Part shown: positions 32,277-41,901 of the stretch, piece after piece
How positions within the stretch are numbered: position 1 is the stretch's first letter
Layout: every line of letters starts with the position of its first letter
Notes under the pieces: model-generated
What the model was told of the DNA's origin: nothing
Database searches by the model: none
What the model saw: only the letters and a program-made list of their open reading frames with translations
Translations under genes and position numbers: made by a program
Origin: Bacillota bacterium
GTDB taxonomy: Bacteria > Bacillota > Limnochordia > Darwinibacteriales > Darwinibacteriaceae
DNA length: 64,000 bases
Direction: 5' to 3'
Assembly: GCA_012521295.1 (NCBI GenBank)
Contig: JAAYMS010000107.1
Span: 35,641-99,640 of the forward strand

Positions 32277-32980
32277 AGGGCTGCCACTATGCCAGCTGCT
32301 ACCGCATTCAGCTCGGGAATAACCTGCGCTAGATACGCGTTGAAATCATCGGGGGCTGTATCATCTGCCTGGTCAGACATGGCCCGTAGAATTACAAAAG
32401 GTATCTGATTCTGAAACGCCGCATGGGCAATAGCGCTGCCTTCCATCTCTACACACATTGCTTCAGGAAAATCATGCAGAATTCTCTGCTTTTGCTCGCT
32501 GCCGGCCACAAACATGTCGCCGGAAACAACCAGGCCCGTGTGCACTCGCTGCGGACCCATTACCGCCTGCCCGTGTTCGGCGGCGATCCTGACCAGCTCT
32601 GCGTCAGCAGTAAATGTGCTGGTCTCCATCCGCGGAATAACTCCTTTTTTATAACCAAAAAAGATCGCATCAAAGTCGTGGTGTAGGGCTGCATTCGAGA
32701 TGACTAAGTCGCCTATTCTTATTTCAGAACTGAGGGCACCGGCGACTCCACTGTTGATGATAGCTTTGATCGGATAGTGGTCGATCAGGTACTGGGTACA
32801 GAGAGCTGCATTGACTTTGCCAATGCCACAGCGGGCCACAAGGACAGGTTTCCCACTGAGTTTTCCTGAATAGAGAGGAAAGCCCATCCGCCCAGGTGTG
32901 AGTTCTTGTACTTCTTCCATTTTTTCTACTAAGCCAGCTATTTCTTCATCCATTGCACCGATAATAGCTGTATAGTGCAT
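32273..32980 (-). CDS. mtnN: 5'-methylthioadenosine/S-adenosylhomocysteine nucleosidase
   Basis: MTAN motifs (IIGAMDEE, GIGKVNAA). Confidence 0.85.
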   Translation of the reverse strand: MHYTAIIGAMDEEIAGLVEKMEEVQELTPGRMGFPLYSGKLSGKPVLVARCGIGKVNAALCTQYLIDHYPIKAIINSGVAGALSSEIRIGDLVISNAALHHDFDAIFFGYKKGVIPRMETSTFTADAELVRIAAEHGQAVMGPQRVHTGLVVSGDMFVAGSEQKQRILHDFPEAMCVEMEGSAIAHAAFQNQIPFVILRAMSDQADDTAPDDFNAYLAQVIPELNAVAAGIVAAL

Positions 32981-33104
32981 GTTATCACCTCATTTGCTTT
33001 TATTATAACCCAATGGTTGCCAGCGGGGGAAGGTAAATCCAGAAAGATTGTCGTAATCTATGGCGTAGCCTAAACGCGAGGTAACACAGAAAGGAGTTAA
33101 GATA

Positions 33105-34466
33105 GTGAATAGATTAGTTCTTGACCACACCTATGTCCAAGGCTTCGTGCAAGCGCAGGAACTAGCCAACTTGGCACCTGAGGTAAAGCTGGCCCACGAA
33201 CGGCTTCACCAAGGTACGGGGGCAGGTAGTGATTTTCTGGGATGGATAGATCTTCCCGTGAACTATGATCGCGAAGAGTTCGCGCGCATCAAGGATGCCG
33301 CTGCAAGGATCCAAGAGGACTCCGAGGTATTTGTAGTAATCGGCATCGGCGGTTCCTACTTGGGAGCCCGGGCCGTCATCGAAGCGTTAGGTCATTCCTT
33401 CTACAATCTGCTCGATCACGGGAAACGCAAGACTCCACAGATCCTTTATGCCGGAACCAATATCAGCGGCAGGTACCTACATGATCTGCTGGACCTGATT
33501 GGCGATCGTGACTTCTCAGTGAATGTAATCTCTAAGTCAGGAACCACCACCGAGCCAGCTATCGCGTTTCGTGTGTTTCGCGAACTTCTCGAGAAGCGCT
33601 ACGGTAGAGAAGGTGCTAAGAAGCGGATCTACGCCACTACAGATAAGGCAAAGGGCGCTCTGCTGACCCTGGCAAAAGAAGAAGGGTATGAGAGGTTTGT
33701 GATCCCCGATGATGTGGGTGGCCGTTATTCGGTTTTGACTGCGGTCGGGCTGCTGCCAATTGCTGTGGCAGGTATCGATATTGATGAGTTGATGAAAGGG
33801 GCAGCGGCTGCCCGGGAGTGGTACTCGACGCCAGATCTTGAGTCAAATGATGCATACCGCTATGCCGCTCTGCGCAACGCTCTGCACCGCAAAGGAAAAA
33901 TGATTGAGATTCTGGTGAACTACGAACCATCTCTCCAGTATTTCTCAGAATGGTGGAAACAGCTCTTTGGCGAGAGCGAAGGCAAGGATCAAAAAGGTAT
34001 CTTTCCAGCCAGCGTCAACTTCAGTGCCGATCTGCACTCTATGGGACAATTTATTCAAGATGGAATGCGCAACCTGTTCGAAACAGTAGTGTGGGTTGAA
34101 CGTTCTTCTCTGGATGTGACAATCCAGCCTGATTCAGACAATCTTGATGGGCTAAATTACTTGGCAGGTTCAGGGCTGAACCAAGTGAACTACCAAGCAT
34201 TTCAAGGGACTCTGTTAGCCCACAACGATGGCGGCGTGCCCAACTTAGTTGTACGGATACCGGAGCTCACTCCATTTTACTTTGGTGCGTTACTCTACTT
34301 CTTCGAAAAAGCCTGTGGTGTGAGCGGTTACCTGTCTGGGGTCAATCCTTTTGATCAGCCAGGCGTGGAGGCCTATAAGCGAAATATGTTCGCACTCCTG
34401 GGCAAACCAGGTTTTGAGGCTATGCAGGCTGAGCTCTTGAAGCGTTTAGGGAGGGACAATGGCTGA
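33105..34466 (+). CDS. pgi: glucose-6-phosphate isomerase
   Basis: Firmicute-type 450-aa PGI with SIS motif [13 protein letters not shown] start after AAGGAG. Confidence 0.9.
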   Translation: MNRLVLDHTYVQGFVQAQELANLAPEVKLAHERLHQGTGAGSDFLGWIDLPVNYDREEFARIKDAAARIQEDSEVFVVIGIGGSYLGARAVIEALGHSFYNLLDHGKRKTPQILYAGTNISGRYLHDLLDLIGDRDFSVNVISKSGTTTEPAIAFRVFRELLEKRYGREGAKKRIYATTDKAKGALLTLAKEEGYERFVIPDDVGGRYSVLTAVGLLPIAVAGIDIDELMKGAAAAREWYSTPDLESNDAYRYAALRNALHRKGKMIEILVNYEPSLQYFSEWWKQLFGESEGKDQKGIFPASVNFSADLHSMGQFIQDGMRNLFETVVWVERSSLDVTIQPDSDNLDGLNYLAGSGLNQVNYQAFQGTLLAHNDGGVPNLVVRIPELTPFYFGALLYFFEKACGVSGYLSGVNPFDQPGVEAYKRNMFALLGKPGFEAMQAELLKRLGRDNG

Positions 34467-35404
34467 TGAAGAAGCCACAGCTCTACCCTCTCACCTTTGA
34501 ACCTATATACAAGGAAAAAATCTGGGGTGGCCGTAAGTTGGCCGAGCTCTTTGACCGCGATCTTCCTGAAGGCCAGATAGGCGAAAGCTGGGACGTGGCA
34601 GCGCACCCCAACGGTATGAGCGTTGTAGACCAGGGTGAACTTAAGGGGCGAACTCTGCAAGAGTTGATTGAAATGTACGGGAGTGAGTTGGGAGTTAGTG
34701 AGGAGAAGTTCCCGCTGCTCCTCAAGTTTATCGATGCAGCCGATGATCTCTCAGTGCAGGTGCATCCCGATGACGATTATGCCGCCGCTCATGAAGGTGA
34801 TGAGTTAGGCAAGACGGAAATGTGGTATATCGTGCACAGCGAGCCGGGGGGCAGGATCATCTGGGGCACCAAAGAAGGCGTTACCCGCGACGATTTTGCC
34901 CGAGCTCTGCAGACAGGCGGTCAGGCTGTGCTGGACTGCCTAAATCAGGTTGAAGTTAAAGCGGGAGATATCTTCCCAATTTCGGCAGGGCTCATTCATG
35001 CGTTGGGAAAAGGAGTCGTTGTTGCCGAGATACAGCAGAACTCCGATACAACATATCGTGTCTACGATTGGGATAGAGTGGACGAGACCGGTAAAGGCAG
35101 AGAACTGCACATCGATAAAGCACTCGATGTGACTGACTTCTCGCCAGAAGCTCGTTCCTTTGATTATCAGTATGAGCGCTGTGCGAAGTACTTCCAGTTG
35201 AGAGTGTTGGAGGCACCAGTTAAGCAGGCCTTAGACCTTTCGGGGCGTTTCCACCTACTGACGCCCGTAACGGCATCTGCTGTCGTGCATTGGGACGGAG
35301 GCGAATTGGCGCTCCGTAAGGCACAGGCGTGCTTGATTCCGGCCTGCCTTGGAGAGTATGCTGTATCCAGCTCAGGAGTGGCCCTCCTCAACTATCTTCC
35401 TTAG
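34466..35404 (+). CDS. manA: mannose-6-phosphate isomerase, class I
   Basis: Bacillus-type cupin PMI (IWGG, QVHPDD). Confidence 0.85.
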   Translation: MKKPQLYPLTFEPIYKEKIWGGRKLAELFDRDLPEGQIGESWDVAAHPNGMSVVDQGELKGRTLQELIEMYGSELGVSEEKFPLLLKFIDAADDLSVQVHPDDDYAAAHEGDELGKTEMWYIVHSEPGGRIIWGTKEGVTRDDFARALQTGGQAVLDCLNQVEVKAGDIFPISAGLIHALGKGVVVAEIQQNSDTTYRVYDWDRVDETGKGRELHIDKALDVTDFSPEARSFDYQYERCAKYFQLRVLEAPVKQALDLSGRFHLLTPVTASAVVHWDGGELALRKAQACLIPACLGEYAVSSSGVALLNYLP

Positions 35405-35420
35405 AAAGATGGGATAGCCT

Positions 35421-35948
35421 TTGGATTGGCGTTGGCTCATAATGCTGATCCCAGCAGCTGTCTATACAGCCCAGCTCCTCTGCCAGCCCCTCAGTGGTGG
35501 GCTGGTGGTGGGGCTTGGGCTTTTACTGCTGCTGGTCTTGGCCGGACTGGTGCATAATTCAACGCGTGGGCATCGAACGGATCCGTGTAGTCTGGCCACT
35601 GTACTGTGGTCGGCTGTGTCTGCAGCAGGCGGTGCCCTGGCGACGTACATACTAGGCAACTATACCTTCTTGGGTTCTGCCGCAGCTTCCGGACTAGTTG
35701 GCTTGGCCGCCGCCCAACTTCTGTGTAAGTATGACCTTGATCTGCCTGCGTATGCGGGTGTATTCGTGGGGATGAGTTCAGTAGTTGTGGTGCCTAGCTT
35801 GGTTATGGTAGGCATCGCTGGCTTCATGACTGGGCTCTTGTATCGTCTTGTGGACGGTGTTTTTGATGGAGTAGGTGGCCGTTTAGGAACCATGGCCGCT
35901 GTATCCGTCCTCATAACACTGCTGCTTACGGGCAGGGGGTGGGGTTAG
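35421..35948 (+). CDS. small hydrophobic membrane protein (paralog A)
   Basis: Multi-TM protein with no recognised family. Shares the motif DGVGGRLGTMAAVSVL with the next gene. Confidence 0.45.
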   Translation: MDWRWLIMLIPAAVYTAQLLCQPLSGGLVVGLGLLLLLVLAGLVHNSTRGHRTDPCSLATVLWSAVSAAGGALATYILGNYTFLGSAAASGLVGLAAAQLLCKYDLDLPAYAGVFVGMSSVVVVPSLVMVGIAGFMTGLLYRLVDGVFDGVGGRLGTMAAVSVLITLLLTGRGWG

Positions 35949-36334
35949 TGCTGGTTGCGAGTATGATCAGCGGGGTTACAGCGGGCCTTGCTGGATTTGC
36001 GGCGCGCAAAGTCTTGAATTTCACCAGCGTACAGGCGTCTGCCGCCATCGCTCTTATAGCCGGGCTTGTGCTGCCGCGTTTGTTTAATGATGGGTCTTTT
36101 TTAGCGGCGGTTTGTACCTGCGTTTCTTACGCAGTTATGTCCTCAGAAGAAGTTATTCACACGCCGCTGCAAATGGCTGCAGTTAGCTGCCTATGTACAG
36201 GCATTGCGGTCTTTGGCCGCGACGCCCTTGTGGGCGTGGGCGGCCGCTTGGGCAGCATGGCGGCCATGGCCGTACTTGCTTTCTTGGGGCTGCGGTTTTT
36301 TATTCGAAGGAGCTGGCATTCGTCAAAAAAATGA
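35939..36334 (+). CDS. small hydrophobic membrane protein (paralog B)
   Basis: Its start overlaps the previous gene. Shares the motif VGVGGRLGSMAAMAVL with paralog A. Confidence 0.45.
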   Translation: MGLVLVASMISGVTAGLAGFAARKVLNFTSVQASAAIALIAGLVLPRLFNDGSFLAAVCTCVSYAVMSSEEVIHTPLQMAAVSCLCTGIAVFGRDALVGVGGRLGSMAAMAVLAFLGLRFFIRRSWHSSKK

Positions 36335-36411
36335 GGCAAACCACCAGTTCTAAGGAGGAAACAAGGTGGTCTTGCAGAAATAGTGGTTGAAACTGTAATT
36401 TTTTGTTTATG

Positions 36412-36425
36412 TGCAAACGTTTGAA
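36412..36425. promoter_or_regulatory. LacI-family-type operator half-palindrome TGCAAACGTTTGAA upstream of the maltodextrin ABC operon
   Basis: It is one mismatch from the perfect palindrome TGCAAACGTTTGCA and lies 84 nt upstream of the SBP start. Confidence 0.45.
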
Positions 36426-36508
36426 TTAAGGGTAGGAGGGATGGGTCCGAAACAAAAGGGTTTTGCTTGTTAAGAAAACAAAATATATATCTGGAGGTGT
36501 CTGTATTG

Positions 36509-37702
36509 ATGAAACGTCTGTCAGGATTGGTCGTTGTGTTAACTGTTTTGCTGGCTGCTTCCTCGGCTCTTGCTTCGGTTCCTGGAGAACTTCTGATTTG
36601 GGTTGATTCAGAACGTTTCCCAGTAATGCAAGAAGTAGGTGCGCAGTTCGAAGAGGAATACGGCATTCCTGTACGCGTGCAGGAGATGCCCTTTGGTGAC
36701 ATTCGCGACAACTTAGGCGTTGTAGCTCCCACAGGTGAAGGGCCTGATATTATCATCGGTGCGCATGACTGGCTGGGACAGCTGGTCACAGACGGATTGT
36801 TGATGGAAATCGACATTGCCGATGAATCTCTGTTCCTCGAATCATCTTTGGATGCTTTTACTTGGGAAGGCAAACGATATGCGATTCCTTACGCTATTGA
36901 AGCCATCGGATTGTTCTACAACAAGGCTCTAGTCGGCGAGACTCCTCCGGACAGCTTTGAAGAGCTGATTACCATTGGTGAGAAGCTTAAGGAACAAGGC
37001 AAGTACGCACTGGTTATGCCTCAACCAGACCCATATCATACTTATCCTTTCTTCAGCGCTCTAGGCGGTTATGTTTTCGCTGAGGATGAAGACGGCGTTC
37101 TGGATCCCCTCAATGTGGGCTTGGCCAATGAGGGTGCTGTCAAAGGTTTCAAACTTTTTGAAAGACTCCTTGATGAAGGTATCATGGCTCGGGCGACAGC
37201 ATATGACACCATGATGAGCTTGTTCCAAAACGGCGATGCCGCATTTATGATCACCGGCCCTTGGGCATTTGGTGATGTGCGGTCTGCTGGTGTGGATTAC
37301 GGCTTCACGAGAGTACCTTCTATCGAAGGCCAATATGGAAGGCCATTTGTGGGCGCTCAGGGTTTCATGCTCAGTGCCTTCACTGAAAACGAGGTTCTGG
37401 CAAACATCTTCCTGAATGAGTTCATTGCCACGAAGGATACGATGCTCGCCATTTATGAACAGGATCCTCGTCCGACTGCGTTCTTGCCAGCAGCAGAGAT
37501 TATCAACGAAGATCCTGATATGCGTGGCGTAACGGAAGCAGCAGAATATGGTGTGCCCATGCCTGCGATTCCAGCTATGAATGCGGTTTGGACAGCTTGG
37601 AGTGACGCTCTTGAGCTCGTAATCAACGGGCAGTCCACTCCAGAAGAAGCCATTAAAGATGCAGTAGAGCAAATTGTTGCCACAATTAAGGAAAGCATGT
37701 AA
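36509..37702 (+). CDS. maltose/maltodextrin-binding protein (ABC substrate-binding, MalE-like)
   Basis: Shows MalE-like similarity across the N-terminal region (LIWVDSERF...GPDIIIGAHDWLGQL). Sec signal peptide with no lipobox Cys. ATG at 36509 follows GGAGGTG. Confidence 0.8.
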   Translation: MKRLSGLVVVLTVLLAASSALASVPGELLIWVDSERFPVMQEVGAQFEEEYGIPVRVQEMPFGDIRDNLGVVAPTGEGPDIIIGAHDWLGQLVTDGLLMEIDIADESLFLESSLDAFTWEGKRYAIPYAIEAIGLFYNKALVGETPPDSFEELITIGEKLKEQGKYALVMPQPDPYHTYPFFSALGGYVFAEDEDGVLDPLNVGLANEGAVKGFKLFERLLDEGIMARATAYDTMMSLFQNGDAAFMITGPWAFGDVRSAGVDYGFTRVPSIEGQYGRPFVGAQGFMLSAFTENEVLANIFLNEFIATKDTMLAIYEQDPRPTAFLPAAEIINEDPDMRGVTEAAEYGVPMPAIPAMNAVWTAWSDALELVINGQSTPEEAIKDAVEQIVATIKESM

Positions 37703-37773
37703 ACTGTAGCTAAGTATAGCTGCCATAGGCCAATCGGGCCTATGGCAGCTTCTAGAGCAAGAAATGGAAGTGA

Positions 37774-39306
37774 TTGCCAATGCGGGGTCTTTCAGTTAAG
37801 CGCTTGTTTTACGGACTCGGTTTAGCTATCTTAAACGTGGCGGTTATTTGGTGTGCCATTTACTTGTGGGGTGTGCAGAGCTATGGTCTTTTGGCTCTGC
37901 TTTTATTAGGCGCACTAGCGCTGAACGCGTTGTTCATTTTTCCTGGTGGCTATCCCTACCGCTATCTGGCGCCAGCCGCGGTGTTTATGATCCTGCTCGT
38001 GATATATCCCATTGTTTATACTGTCTATGTAGCTCTCACTAACTACGGAACGGGCAACATTCTCACTAAGGAGCAGGTCATTCAGCAGTTCGAAAACCGC
38101 TATGTCTTAGATCCAGATGCTGGCAACTATACATTCCGTGTCTACGAGAATGCCCATTCAGACCGCATTTTCTTGTTTACCGCTCCTGATGGGCGGTTGC
38201 TGCTCGGGCGATCTGGAGAGTTGGAAGACGTGACTGGCCGCGATGAGGCGGATGTGATTCCCCCAGGTTATAGTGAGCTCGAAAGAAGGGACGTCATCCG
38301 TCTCAGTACCGAGCTTTCGGCCTTAACCTTTGAGTATGAAGAAGAGTATCAACTGCGCATGCGTAGTGCCAGTGCTTTTGCGCTCTATATTAAGCAGTAC
38401 TCATATGACGCTGGTAGAGATGAACTGGTTGATTTGATCTCTGGTGTTGTATATAAACCGGTAAACGGAGCCTTTGAAGCTCCCGATGGAACGCGCCTTA
38501 CACCGGGGTTCCGTATCGTTGTCGGATTGCGAAACTTTCAGAGGCTGTTTGGCAATCCTCAGATTACTGGGCCCTTCGTAAGAGTATTCTTGTGGACTAT
38601 AACCTGGGCTCTATTGAGCGTAGGTACGACATTTGCTGTTGGCCTTTTTTTAGCACTGCTTCTTAACGATCCGCACTTGAGGTTCCGCCGGCTTTATAGG
38701 TCACTACTGATACTGCCCTACGCGGTACCTGCCTTTATTTCCGCATTGATCTGGCAGGGGCTGTATCATACAGAGTTTGGAGTAATAAATCGGGCCTTGG
38801 AGTTTCTCTTTGATACCCGCGTACCGTGGCTTCAGGATCCGTTTTATGCTAAGGTAGCACTGGTAATTCTCAACTTATGGCTTGGTTTCCCATACATGAT
38901 GATCGTTTGTTTAGGAGCACTGCAGAGCATCAACAGTGAAATGTACGAAGCGGCTTTGGTTGACGGCGCCACTACTTGGCAGCAGTTTCGCTATGTCACA
39001 CTGCCGCTCTTGATGGTAAGTGTGGCACCGCTGTTGGTATCGTCGTTTTCCTTTAACTTCAACAACTTCTCGGTGATCTATCTCCTTACTAGGGGACGGC
39101 CGCCCATTCCTGGCGCGCAAACTCCAGCCGGGCATACTGATATTCTGATTTCTTATACGTATCGCCTCGCCTTCGAAAGTGGCCGCGGTGTTGATTACGG
39201 ATTAGCCTCAGCGGTTACGCTGATCATTTTCCTGATCACCGGCACCATCACGTTTATCAATTTCCGGTTTACCGGTGCGTTAGAGGATGTGAGAGAGAAT
39301 GTATAG
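37774..39306 (+). CDS. sugar ABC transporter permease (MalF-like with large N-terminal periplasmic loop)
   Basis: MalF-like topology with an EAA-type loop region. Confidence 0.75.
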   Translation: MPMRGLSVKRLFYGLGLAILNVAVIWCAIYLWGVQSYGLLALLLLGALALNALFIFPGGYPYRYLAPAAVFMILLVIYPIVYTVYVALTNYGTGNILTKEQVIQQFENRYVLDPDAGNYTFRVYENAHSDRIFLFTAPDGRLLLGRSGELEDVTGRDEADVIPPGYSELERRDVIRLSTELSALTFEYEEEYQLRMRSASAFALYIKQYSYDAGRDELVDLISGVVYKPVNGAFEAPDGTRLTPGFRIVVGLRNFQRLFGNPQITGPFVRVFLWTITWALLSVGTTFAVGLFLALLLNDPHLRFRRLYRSLLILPYAVPAFISALIWQGLYHTEFGVINRALEFLFDTRVPWLQDPFYAKVALVILNLWLGFPYMMIVCLGALQSINSEMYEAALVDGATTWQQFRYVTLPLLMVSVAPLLVSSFSFNFNNFSVIYLLTRGRPPIPGAQTPAGHTDILISYTYRLAFESGRGVDYGLASAVTLIIFLITGTITFINFRFTGALEDVRENV

Positions 39307-40156
39307 GAGGCACACGTTTCTATCAGGGCTTTGGCGCCACTTAGTGCTGCTTTTGTTTGTGGCCTTTGCGCTTTTTCCACTTTTGTGGGTGCTGTCTGCA
39401 TCCTTTAACCCTGCCAATACGTTGGTTGGGCAGAAGTTGATTCCCACATCACCAAGTCTGGATAATTACCGCGAACTCTTCACCAGTAAGCAGCATCCTG
39501 TAGCGCTTTGGATCCGAAACTCGGTCGTGATTTCGATCATCACTTCTGCTCTAGTCGTATCCATGACTGCGCTTGCCGCATACGCCTTTTCGCGGTTTCG
39601 TTTCAAGGGGCGCCGGACCGGCTTGTTCTTCTCGCTGCTGGTGCAGGTTTTCCCACAGATGCTGGCTGCGGTAGCAATCTACCTCTTGGTACTGAACATT
39701 GGTAAGCTGGTTCCTGCTCTAGGAATTAACACCCATGCGGGGCTGATCATGGTGTATCTTGGTGGGGCCATGGGTGTCAATGCATGGCTGATGAAGGGAT
39801 ATTTCGACACGATCCCCAACAGTCTAGAAGAGTCTGCCATGATGGATGGTGCCACTCCGTTTCAGGCTTTTTGGATGATCATTTTGCCACTGGCTCGGCC
39901 GATTCTGGCGGTGATTTTCCTCCTGCAGTTTATCGGTACCTATTCGGAGTTCATTTTAGCCAGCATTTTAATCACTTCTAGTGAGAAATACACGTTGGCA
40001 GTGGGCCTGCAGATGTTTATCCAAGACCAGTATGCCAGCCGCTGGGGCGTATTTTCCGCTGCCTCGGTATTGGGGGCCCTGCCAATTGTCGTGTTATTCT
40101 TACTCCTGCAGAAGTACCTTGTCTCTGGTCTAACAGCTGGTGCAGTTAAAGGTTGA
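39299..40156 (+). CDS. sugar ABC transporter permease (MalG-like)
   Basis: Six-TM permease with an EAA-loop consensus (EESAMMDGATPFQAFWMIILPL). Confidence 0.8.
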   Translation: MYRRHTFLSGLWRHLVLLLFVAFALFPLLWVLSASFNPANTLVGQKLIPTSPSLDNYRELFTSKQHPVALWIRNSVVISIITSALVVSMTALAAYAFSRFRFKGRRTGLFFSLLVQVFPQMLAAVAIYLLVLNIGKLVPALGINTHAGLIMVYLGGAMGVNAWLMKGYFDTIPNSLEESAMMDGATPFQAFWMIILPLARPILAVIFLLQFIGTYSEFILASILITSSEKYTLAVGLQMFIQDQYASRWGVFSAASVLGALPIVVLFLLLQKYLVSGLTAGAVKG

Positions 40157-40167
40157 TGTCTGCTCTT

Positions 40168-40201
40168 AAGGCCGCGTTCACGCCCTCAGCGGCCTTTTTT
40201 T
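40168..40201 (+). terminator. intrinsic terminator after the sugar ABC operon
   Basis: Hairpin aaggccgc...gcggcctt followed by T7. Confidence 0.75.
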
Positions 40202-40252
40202 ATTTACCAGGCAAAGGCCCAGTGATATAGTAGTATTGCAGGAGGTGTTAAG

Positions 40253-41143
40253 ATGCGTAGTTTTCTAGCCGCCGTCAGCGTGGTGGTTATATTAATGTGG
40301 GCTGTATCGGGCCTGGCGTGGGCTGGTTCGCTTCAGGCAGTTGCCTCGTTTGCCATTATCGCTGATTTTGCTAAGGCAGTCGGTGGCGAGCGGGTGGATG
40401 TTGTCTCATTAGTTCCGGCTTCCGCTGATCCCCATTCTTGGGAGCCCACAGTTAGAGAGGCTCGTTCCTTAGCAGGTGCAGATGTTCTGTTTATCAACGG
40501 GGAGGGCTACGAAGAATGGCTGGCTGATTTAGCTGCTAGCAGCGCACGGCCCAACCTACCAATTATTGAGTTGTCTGAAGGTCTTGCGGCCATGTCGGGT
40601 CCCAGCCACAGTGTGCACCATGACCATGATGATCCTCATTTTTGGCTCAGTGTCCCGAATGCCATTCACTATGTAGAAAAAATTTGTCAGGCCTTCGCGG
40701 AGCTTGATCCTGCGGGGGCAGAGTATTACCAGGAACGGGCAGAGAAGTACATTAACGAGCTGTGGGAACTGGACAGCTGGCTTCAGGAGCAGCTCGCTGT
40801 AATCCCTAAAGAGAATCGTGTTATTGTGACTTATCATAACGCCTTTGCGTATTTTGCTGAACGCTATGGCTTTTCCGCCGTAGAATTCTTGGTGAGCAAT
40901 CCGGAACGGGAGCCAACAGCACAGGAAATGGCTGCTTTGATCCGGGCACTTGCGAAGATGAAGAGGCCTGTAATCTTCTCCGAACCCCAGTTCAACATCG
41001 GTGAGCGATATGTCAAGAGTGTAGCAGCGGAAGTCGGTGCGGATGTTCGGGTGCTTTACAGCGCTACACTGACGGAAGCCATTCCCACGTATGTTGATCT
41101 GATGCGGTACAACGGTCAGGTCTTGGTGGAGGCGTTGCGGTGA
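40253..41143 (+). CDS. metal (Zn/Mn) ABC transporter substrate-binding protein (ZnuA/TroA family)
   Basis: HDHDDPHFW metal-site motif. Signal peptide with no lipobox Cys. Confidence 0.8.
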   Translation: MRSFLAAVSVVVILMWAVSGLAWAGSLQAVASFAIIADFAKAVGGERVDVVSLVPASADPHSWEPTVREARSLAGADVLFINGEGYEEWLADLAASSARPNLPIIELSEGLAAMSGPSHSVHHDHDDPHFWLSVPNAIHYVEKICQAFAELDPAGAEYYQERAEKYINELWELDSWLQEQLAVIPKENRVIVTYHNAFAYFAERYGFSAVEFLVSNPEREPTAQEMAALIRALAKMKRPVIFSEPQFNIGERYVKSVAAEVGADVRVLYSATLTEAIPTYVDLMRYNGQVLVEALR

Positions 41144-41901
41144 TGACCAGTTCAGCTGTCTCTGTACAAGACGTCACGGGCGGCTACCATGGGGACCCCG
41201 TGATACATGATGTTTCATGGGAAGTTCCTCACGGATCGCTGGCAGCCATCATTGGGCCGAATGGGGGAGGTAAGTCCACTCTCTTGAAGTCCCTAGTCGG
41301 CCTGGTCAAACCTTGGCATGGCAGGGTGTTTCTGTTTGGGCAGGAACCTGAGCAGGGGAGAAAGCGGGTCGCATATTTGCCCCAGGCAGAAGAGGTGGAC
41401 TGGCAGTTTCCTATTTCGGTATGGGATGTTGTCCTTCAGGGGCGTTGGCTGCGGAAAGGACTGTGGGGTAGGCTTACGCGTGAGGATCTCGATAAAGCGG
41501 AATCTGCCTTGACTCACTTTGATATCAACCATCTAGCCAAAACTCAAATTGGCTCCTTGAGTGGAGGGCAGCGGCAGCGCGTTTTTCTTGCCAGAGCGGT
41601 GGCACAAGAAGCTGACCTTATACTGCTCGACGAACCGAATACAGGCTTAGATGCTCGTGCTCAGCATGAGTTGGCAGATACATTAACAAGATTGAAGGAA
41701 GAGGGGCGGACAATCATCGTAGCTACACACGATTTGGACTGCCTGACTGAGTGTTTTGATCAAGTCTTGGCGTTGAAGAGCACGGTGGTAGCGCACGGGT
41801 CCCCTCGAGACGTACTAACAGCAGAGATCCTGACCGCCTTGTTTGCGCGGCACTTTCCTTCTCTGCGGGAGACCGGGGAGGTGGTCATCCATGAACCTTG
41901 A
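41140..41901 (+). CDS. metal ABC transporter ATP-binding protein
   Basis: Walker A GPNGGGKST and signature LSGGQRQRVFLARAV. Confidence 0.85.
   Translation: MMTSSAVSVQDVTGGYHGDPVIHDVSWEVPHGSLAAIIGPNGGGKSTLLKSLVGLVKPWHGRVFLFGQEPEQGRKRVAYLPQAEEVDWQFPISVWDVVLQGRWLRKGLWGRLTREDLDKAESALTHFDINHLAKTQIGSLSGGQRQRVFLARAVAQEADLILLDEPNTGLDARAQHELADTLTRLKEEGRTIIVATHDLDCLTECFDQVLALKSTVVAHGSPRDVLTAEILTALFARHFPSLRETGEVVIHEP

Noticed and set aside
36157-36873. A 238-aa minus-strand ORF spanning the membrane-protein pair and the upstream region of the MalE-like gene.
   Set aside because: It overlaps two plus-strand genes that have good RBSs and coupled starts, and it covers the intergenic promoter region. The translation is a Ser/Pro/Thr/Arg-rich, low-complexity product typical of antisense frames in GC-rich DNA.
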